From the NCBI RefSeq assembly GCF_963921235.1, contig NC_086097.1, positions 190,094,001 to 190,158,000 of the forward strand: 64,000 bases of DNA. The letters run 5' to 3'. The position numbers were made by a program, and so were the translations under genes. This document shows positions 57,286 through 64,000 of the stretch, piece after piece. The notes beneath the pieces were generated by a model that had not been told where the DNA came from, searched no databases, and saw nothing but the letters and a program-made list of their open reading frames with translations. Position 1 is the first letter of the stretch, and each line of letters starts with the position of its first letter. This DNA is from Mobula hypostoma. Lineage: Eukaryota.

Positions 57286-58592
57286 GTTTTTGACATGAAA
57301 TATTGACTCTGTTTCTCCTCCCACAGATGTGCCCTGACCTGCTGAGTATTTCCAGCTTTTACATAAGAACATACGAACATAAGAAATAGGAGCAGGAGTA
57401 GGCCATCCGGCCCATTGAACCTGCCCCGCCATTCAATAAGATCATGGCTGATCTGTCCGTAAACTCAGCTCCATCTACCTGCCTTTTCCCCATAACCCTT
57501 AATTCCCTTACTATGTAAAAACCTATCTAACTGTTTCTTAAATATATTTAGTGAGGAAGCCTCAACTGCTTCCTTGGGCAAAGAATTCCATAGATTCACC
57601 ACTCTCTGGGAAAAACAGTTTCTCAGTCCTAAATCTTCTCCTCTGAATCTTGAGGCAATGTCCCCTAGTTCTAGTCTCATCAACCAATGGAAACAACTTT
57701 CCTACTTCTATCTTATCTATCTCTTTCAAAATTTTGTATGTTTCTATAAGATTCCCTCTCATTCTTCTGAATTCCAGAGAGTATAGTCCCAGGTGACTCA
57801 ATCTCTCCTCATAGCTTAACCCTTTCATCCCTGGAATCAACCTGGTGAACCTCCTCCGCACTGCCTCCAAAGCTAGTATATCCTTCCTCAAGTATGGAGA
57901 CCAGAATTGCACACAGTGCTCCAGGTGTGGCCTCACCAGTACCCTGTATAGTTGCAGCATGGCCTCCCTGCTTTTGAATTCAATTCCTCTAGCAATGAAG
58001 GCCAACATTCCGTTTGCCTTCTTAATAACCTGTTGTACCTGCAAGCCAACATTTTGCGATTCATGAACAAGCACTCCGAAGTCCCTCTGCACAACAGCAT
58101 GCTGCAATCTTTCACCATTTAAGTAATAATCTGCTCTTCTATTATTCCTTCCAAAGTGGACAATCTCGTATTTACCAGTGTTGTATTCCATCTGCTAGAC
58201 CTTGGCCCACTCACTTAACCTATCTATATTCCTCTGCAGACTCTCCACATCCTCTGTACAATTTGCTTTTCCACTCAGTTTAGTGTCATCAGCAAATTTG
58301 ACTACACTACACTCAGTCTCCTCTCCAAATCATCAATGTAAATGGTACACAGCTGTGGGCCCACCACCGACCCCTGTGGCACCCCACTCACCACTGACTG
58401 CCAACTGAAGAAACACTAAATCTCTAAATTTTATACTAAATCTCTGCCTTCTATTGGTTAACCAATCCACTATCCATGCCAATACACTTCCTCCGACTCC
58501 ATGCATCCTGTATCTTATTTATAAGTCTCTTGTGCGGCACCTTATTGAACGCCTTCTGGAAATCCAAGTGTACGACATCCACCTGTTCCCCT

Positions 58593-59435
58593 TGTTACGA
58601 GAATACACATAAAATTAAGATGTTTGCTGGCCTGGGCTAGCATCAGTGGCATCAGCAGTTGGTCTGCCACCTGCCCTCAGGGGAAGGAGAGATAAGGAAC
58701 AATGGAGCAGCGTCTGGAGATGTGTAATGAAGGGACGTGGGAGAGAGAGAGCTGTCTGGAGCGGCTCCCCCTTTGAACCCTGAACTGTTTGAAGTGATGG
58801 ACAGGCGATACCCCAGCAGGGGGATAAAAAGGGACAGGTTCGCTAAGACAGACACACACGCTACCCGAGGTAACGAGACCCTGGAAGCGGTGCGCCTCTC
58901 ACGAGTGGGTGAGAAGTACCAGACAACGCCCGGGGTGGAAAGGTACGATAAGCGGGAACCCGGTGTGTGTCCGCCCTTGCCTGGGTGCCGGGTTCACTGC
59001 AGAGGATCGACCGCATCTGGAGGAGGGGTCACAGTCGGTGACCTCAGGTGACATCACCAAGGACCCGCCCAAAAGTTGCTTGTGAGCCATATCGCCGGTC
59101 TGTGAGTGAGCCGTTCTGAATGATCAGTTGTTCCTGTTCTATCTCTCTCTTCCCCCACGTTGTCCATCGCCATGGCAACGATTACTGCGAACTGAACTTT
59201 GAGTCACTTTGAAATTTGGTCATTAACCCCTAGACAACGATAGAGCTTGATTGATGCTGTTATCTTAATTCTGTGCACATGTGTGTTTATCATCGCTGAA
59301 CTGTTGCATTTATTATCCTTTCGATTACTGTGTTGCTTGTTCCTTTAATAAAACTTTCTTAGTTCTAGTACTCCAGACTCCGACTGAGTGATCCATTTCT
59401 GCTGGTTTGGCAACCCAGTTACGGGGTACGTAACA
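58593..59435 (+). mobile_element. Solo LTR (843 bp), Gypsy/ERV-type
   Basis: TGTTACG...CGTAACA inverted termini; 4-bp TSD CCCT at 58589-58592 and 59436-59439; TATA-like gataaaaagg at about 58823; AATAAA at 59347-59352; CpG-rich. Confidence 0.92.
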
Positions 59436-60327
59436 CCCTCTATTCACTGCACTCATTATGTCCTCAAAGAACTCTAGTAAATTTGTCAAGCAGGACCTGC
59501 CCTTTCTGTATCAATGCTGCATCTGTCTAATGGAACCACTGCTTTCTAAATGTTTCGCTATATCTTCCTTAATGACAGCTTCAAGCATCTTCCCGACTAC
59601 AGATGTTAAGCTAACTGGCCTACAGTTGCCAGTCTTTTTCCTGCATCCTTTTTAAAAAGTGTTATGACATTTGCTGTCTTCCAATCCGCCAGGACCTGCC
59701 CGGAGTCTACAGAGTTTTGATAAATGATTACCAATGCTTCTACTATAACCTCCGCCAATTCCTTCAGCACCCTGGGATGCATCCCATCAGGACCAGGGGA
59801 CTTATCTACGTTCAGGCCCTCTAGTTTGCTCATCACTACCTCTTTAGTGACAGTGATTTTATTGAGGTCCTCACCTCCCTTTTCGTTCATAACATCCTTC
59901 TTTGGTATATTAGACGTGTCCTCCACCGTGAAGACCAACACAAAATAGTCGTTCAATGCCTCAGCCATTTCCTTATCACCCAATATCAATTTCCCCTTAT
60001 CGTCTTCCAAGGGACCTACACTGACTTTAGCCACCTTCTTCCGCTTTATATATTTATAAAAACTTTTGCTATCTGATTTTCTATTTTGTGCTAATTTACT
60101 TTCATACTCTACCTTCCCTTTCCTTATTTCTTGTTTAGTTGCTCTCTGTTGCTTTTTAAAGCTTCCCCAATCCTCCAGTCTCCCACTACTCTTTGCGACT
60201 TTGTACACATGAGCTTTTAATTTGATACTATCTTTTATTTCCGTAGTTATCCAAGGCCAGCTCTCCCCACACTTACTTTTGACTGGAATATACTTTTGTT
60301 GAGCACTGTGAAAAATCTCTTTGAAAG

Positions 60328-62570
60328 ATTAGATTAGATTAGATTAGATTCGACTTTATTGTCATTGTGCCGAGTACAGATACAAAGCCAATGAAATGCA
60401 TTTAGCATCTGACCAGAAATGCAAAGGATAATGTTATTTACAAAATAACTGCAAATAAAAAAGTGCTACAGCACACAAATATAAAAGTACTGAGACAGTA
60501 CAATATGGGTGCAATACTGCTTAGCGCTGTGATGACAGGTTCAGCAGGGTCACAGCCTCAGGGAAGAAGCTCTTCCTGTGCCTGCTGGTGCGGGAGCAGA
60601 GGCCCCTGTATCGCCTACCGGATGGGAGGAGAGTAAAAAGTCCATGGTTAGGGTGAGTTGCATCCTTGATAATGCTTTTCGCCCTGCCCAGGCAGCGTTT
60701 ATGGTAGATGTTCTCAATGGTGGGCAACTGGGTGCCGATAATCTGCTGGGCAGTTTTCACCACACGCTGGAGTGCTTTGCGGTCCGATACGGGACAATTG
60801 CCATACCACACTGAGATGCAGTTGGTGAGTATGCTCTCAATGGTACAGCGGGAAAAGCCTGTCGGTATCCTGGGACAGAGGTGAGCTTTCTTGATGCTCC
60901 ACAGGAAATAAAGGCGCTGTTGCACCTTTTTGATCAGGATGGAGGAGTTCAGGGACCAGGTGAGATCATCGAAAATGTGGACACTAAGGAATTTGAAGCT
61001 TGATACATGCTCCACTACAGTTTTGCTGATGTAGATGGGGACATGAGTGTGGCTCCTAGCATGCCTGAAGTCCACAATGATCTCCTTGGTCCTCTGGGTG
61101 TTAAGGGTCAGGTTGTTGGCACACCACGCAGCCAGGTGCTGGACCTAGTCCCTGTAGGCCATCTCGTCATCCCCTCTGATCAGGCCAACCACAGGGTATC
61201 GTCTGTAAACTTGATTATGGAGTTAGAACCATGTACAGGAACGCAGTGATTGGTGAAAAGGGAGTACAGAAGAGGGCTCAGCACACAGCCTTGAGGCATG
61301 CCGGTGTTCAGGGTGAGAGTGGAGGAGGAGAGGTTGTCTAACTTTACTGATTGGGGTCTGTTAGTCAGAAAGTCCAAGGTCCAATTGCAGAGGGATACGC
61401 TGATACCAAGCTGGTGAAGTTTGGTGATCACCTTGGAGGGGATAACAGTACTGAATGCCGAACTAAAGTCAAGGAACAGCATTCTGACATGAGAGTTGGG
61501 GCTGTCCAGGTGGGTCAGGGCAGAGTGAAGTGCCGTGGAGTTGGCATCCTCTGTTGACCTGTTGGTACGATAGGCAAATTGATGGGGGCCAGGGTAGAGG
61601 GCAGACAGGATTTCAGATGTGATAGAACCAGTCTCTCAAAGCACTTTGCAATGATGGGGGTGAGTGCAACTGAACGGAAGTCATTCAGGCCCATGGCAGT
61701 GGAATGCTTCGGCACTGGCACGATGGTGGCGATCTTGAAGCTTGTGGGGACAACTGCCTGAGCCAGGGACAGATTAAAAATGTCCGTGAAGACCCCGGCC
61801 AACTGCCCCGCACAGACTCTGAGCACATGGCCAGGTATTTCATCCGGACCAGCTGCCTTCCGTACATTCACCCTGCTCAGGGTGGCGTAAACATCGGAGG
61901 TGGGAAGTGAGAGAGGCAGTTCACCTGGTGGGAGATCCGCTTTGAGGGTGACCTCCTTGTTCTCTCGGTCAAAGCGAGCATAGAAGCACTTGAGCTCATC
62001 CGGGGGTGGGGGGGAGAGCAGAGCTGGAAGGGGACACAGTACTAGGTGGTTTGAAGTCTGTAATTACCTGTATGCCATGCCACATGCGCCGGGGGTCCGA
62101 GGAGTTGAAATGCTCCTCGATTCTCTGTTTGTATATGTGTTTAGTCTGAGAGATTCCTCTCCTCAGGTTGACCCTGGCTGAGCTGTAAGCCTCCCGGTCT
62201 CCAGACCTGAAGGCAGAATCTCTAGCTTTGGGCAGGAGGTGAATTTCTCTGTTCATCCATGGTTTCTGATTGGGGAAAACTTTTATTTGTCTTTATGATG
62301 TCACTCTATCTACACACTTGTTGATATGCTCAAGGACAGAGTTGGTATATAAATCAAGGTTAACCTGAGAGTCTGTGGTGGTATGGGCAGCAAATGTGCT
62401 CCAGTCTGTGTACTGGAATTGGTGCTGAAGAGCAGAGTCAGCACTCTCCAGCCAGATCTTAATAGTCTTCATTGTGGGTTTCACACGTTTAATGACCGGG
62501 CTATACTTGGGAAGCAGAAACAGTGAAAGATGGTTGGACTATCCCAGGTGGGGGTGAGTAGTGGCTTTGT
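60328..62570 (-). mobile_element. Young Rex1/Babar LINE, 5'-truncated in the APE C-terminus
   Basis: [56 protein letters not shown] 60521-61075 closely matches 12086-12967; (AATCT)n tail at 60326-60350. Confidence 0.95.
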
Positions 62571-63664
62571 AAGTATTCCACTGTTCCTCAACTGTCCTAC
62601 CAAATAGCTTGTGCTTTCAATCCACATTAGCTAATTCCTCCCTCATCCTGTTGTAGTCTCCCTTGTTCAAGCATAATACACTAGTTTTAGATCTAACTAT
62701 TTCATCCTCCATGTGAATGTGAAATTCAGTCACACTATGATCACTCTTTCCAAGAGGATCCCTGACTACAAGATCCTTAATCTTAATTGACTCATTGCAC
62801 AGGACTAGATCTAAGATAGTATTTTCCCTTGTAGGTTCACTAACATGCTGCTCAAGAAAGCCATCACGGATACATTCTTTGAAGTCCACCTCAAGACTTC
62901 CTTGACCAACCTGATTCACCCAATCTATGTGTAAGTTAAAATCCCCCATGACAACTGCCATTCCATTCTTACAAGCCTCAGTTATTTCTTGGTTAATCTC
63001 CTCTGCCACTGCAATATTTTTATTAGGTGGTCTATAGACAACACACACCAGTGATTTTTTTTTCCCTTTACTATTCTTAATTTCTTCCTAGATGGACTCA
63101 ACATTCTGCTCCATAGATCTTATATCGTCTCTCACTATTGCCCTGATCTCACCCTAATCAGAGTGCCACCCACCTCCTCTGCCTTCCTGCCTATCTTTCC
63201 GTATTACCTGATACCCTGGGATATTTAATTCCCAGTCATCCCTACCTTGCAACCAGGCTTCTGTAATGGCCACTAAATCATTGGTACTGATCTGTGTTCA
63301 CTAACCTTGTTTCTAATACTATGGGCATTTAGATAAAGTGCCCTTATACCCATTGTCAATTTAGAATCTAGTGACCTATGCAATTTTTGCTTTTTACTTT
63401 TATGCACTCTACTCTTACTTTTATCTTCACTAACTCTAGCTTTGGTTTCTGCATCACTTCCCTCTTCTTTTCTGTGTAGGTCTCATCCCCCTGCCATCCT
63501 TCTCTGTTCTTATTGTAGGACAATGAAAGTGTTTGGAAAATTGACAGTTCAAGGTTCTTTAAATAGCACATTTATAATCAAGATCTCCAAAAACACAAAG
63601 TATCCTAACTTAAGCATTGAAGGAATAATGAGGTACTGTTTCAGTATGGTAATCAATCCAAAGT

Positions 63665-63995
63665 TGTCAGGAAAATAGAGGAGGGTTGACCTACATACAC
63701 AGTAGCAGAGACAATTTAGTGGTGAGTGATTACTTTAAAAATAAACTGCAAAATAACAAGCCCTGTGGAGGGCCACAAAACAAGAGAGAAGAGGTACCAG
63801 GTGCCACAGACAACAAGGTAACTGAAGACTAGGAGCAACTCGTTGAGGTTGGCTGGTTTGTTTGACCAGCCTTATTCAAGGACTGAATAAGAGCTGGGTT
63901 TAAATAGGCTGCAGGTGTTGAGTTAAAAATGACTGGCAAGTGACTCCTGATAACTGGATGGAAACCGGGTGGAGCTTGTACGTGCAGGCCTGACA
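63665..63995 (-). mobile_element. LTR (331 bp), probably the 3' LTR of a minus-strand Gypsy element continuing beyond the window
   Basis: TGTCAGG...CCTGACA inverted termini; minus-strand TATTTAAA at about 63899-63906; flanks (aagt vs ggac) do not form a TSD; ggacc could be the start of an antisense polypurine tract. Confidence 0.65.
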
Positions 63996-64000
63996 GGACC

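Larger units (their letters stand above)
57361..63500 (-). mobile_element. CR1 LINE with complete decayed ORF2 and ORF1 tail, host to a solo LTR and a Rex1
   Basis: ALYLNAHSIRNKV at about 63340; ORF 62617-63048 (APE: VYRPPN, MGDFN, LDLVLCN, SDH); ORFs 59606-60208 and 57562-58191; (TTCTTATG)n tail at 57361-57385. Confidence 0.93.

Overview
This is vertebrate genomic DNA, not prokaryotic. The CR1 families, HE1/V-SINE-like SINEs and Penelope-derived repeats suggest a cartilaginous fish (shark or ray); that assignment is an inference from repeat content. The window is intergenic or deep intronic and more than half of it is decayed, often nested transposable elements. These include many CR1-clade LINEs (three with most or all of ORF2), Rex1/Babar LINEs, Penelope-like elements (RT + GIY-YIG), two HERO-type (RLE) non-LTR 3' ends, an RTE LINE, a Tc1/mariner remnant, tRNA-derived V-SINEs, one clean solo LTR and a second LTR at the right edge. 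No host protein-coding gene can be supported, and nearly all long ORFs in the track are retrotransposon fragments. The most interesting signal is a family of short (about 90-200 bp) Penelope-derived inserts. Several are hairpin-shaped, most have 11-15 bp target-site duplications, and they carry or break at a minimal type-I hammerhead ribozyme motif (reconstructed consensus ACAGTC-CTGATGA-AGGGTCTCGGCCC-GAAA-CGTC-GACTGT). Other points of interest are a locally templated insertion with iterative re-priming, micro-duplications at LINE 5' junctions, a structured CpG-rich 470-bp insert, an in-frame CR1::Rex1 chimeric ORF, a SINE-split minus-strand reading frame, and several TE-free islands that look like enhancers. 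Boundaries without a TSD are approximate.
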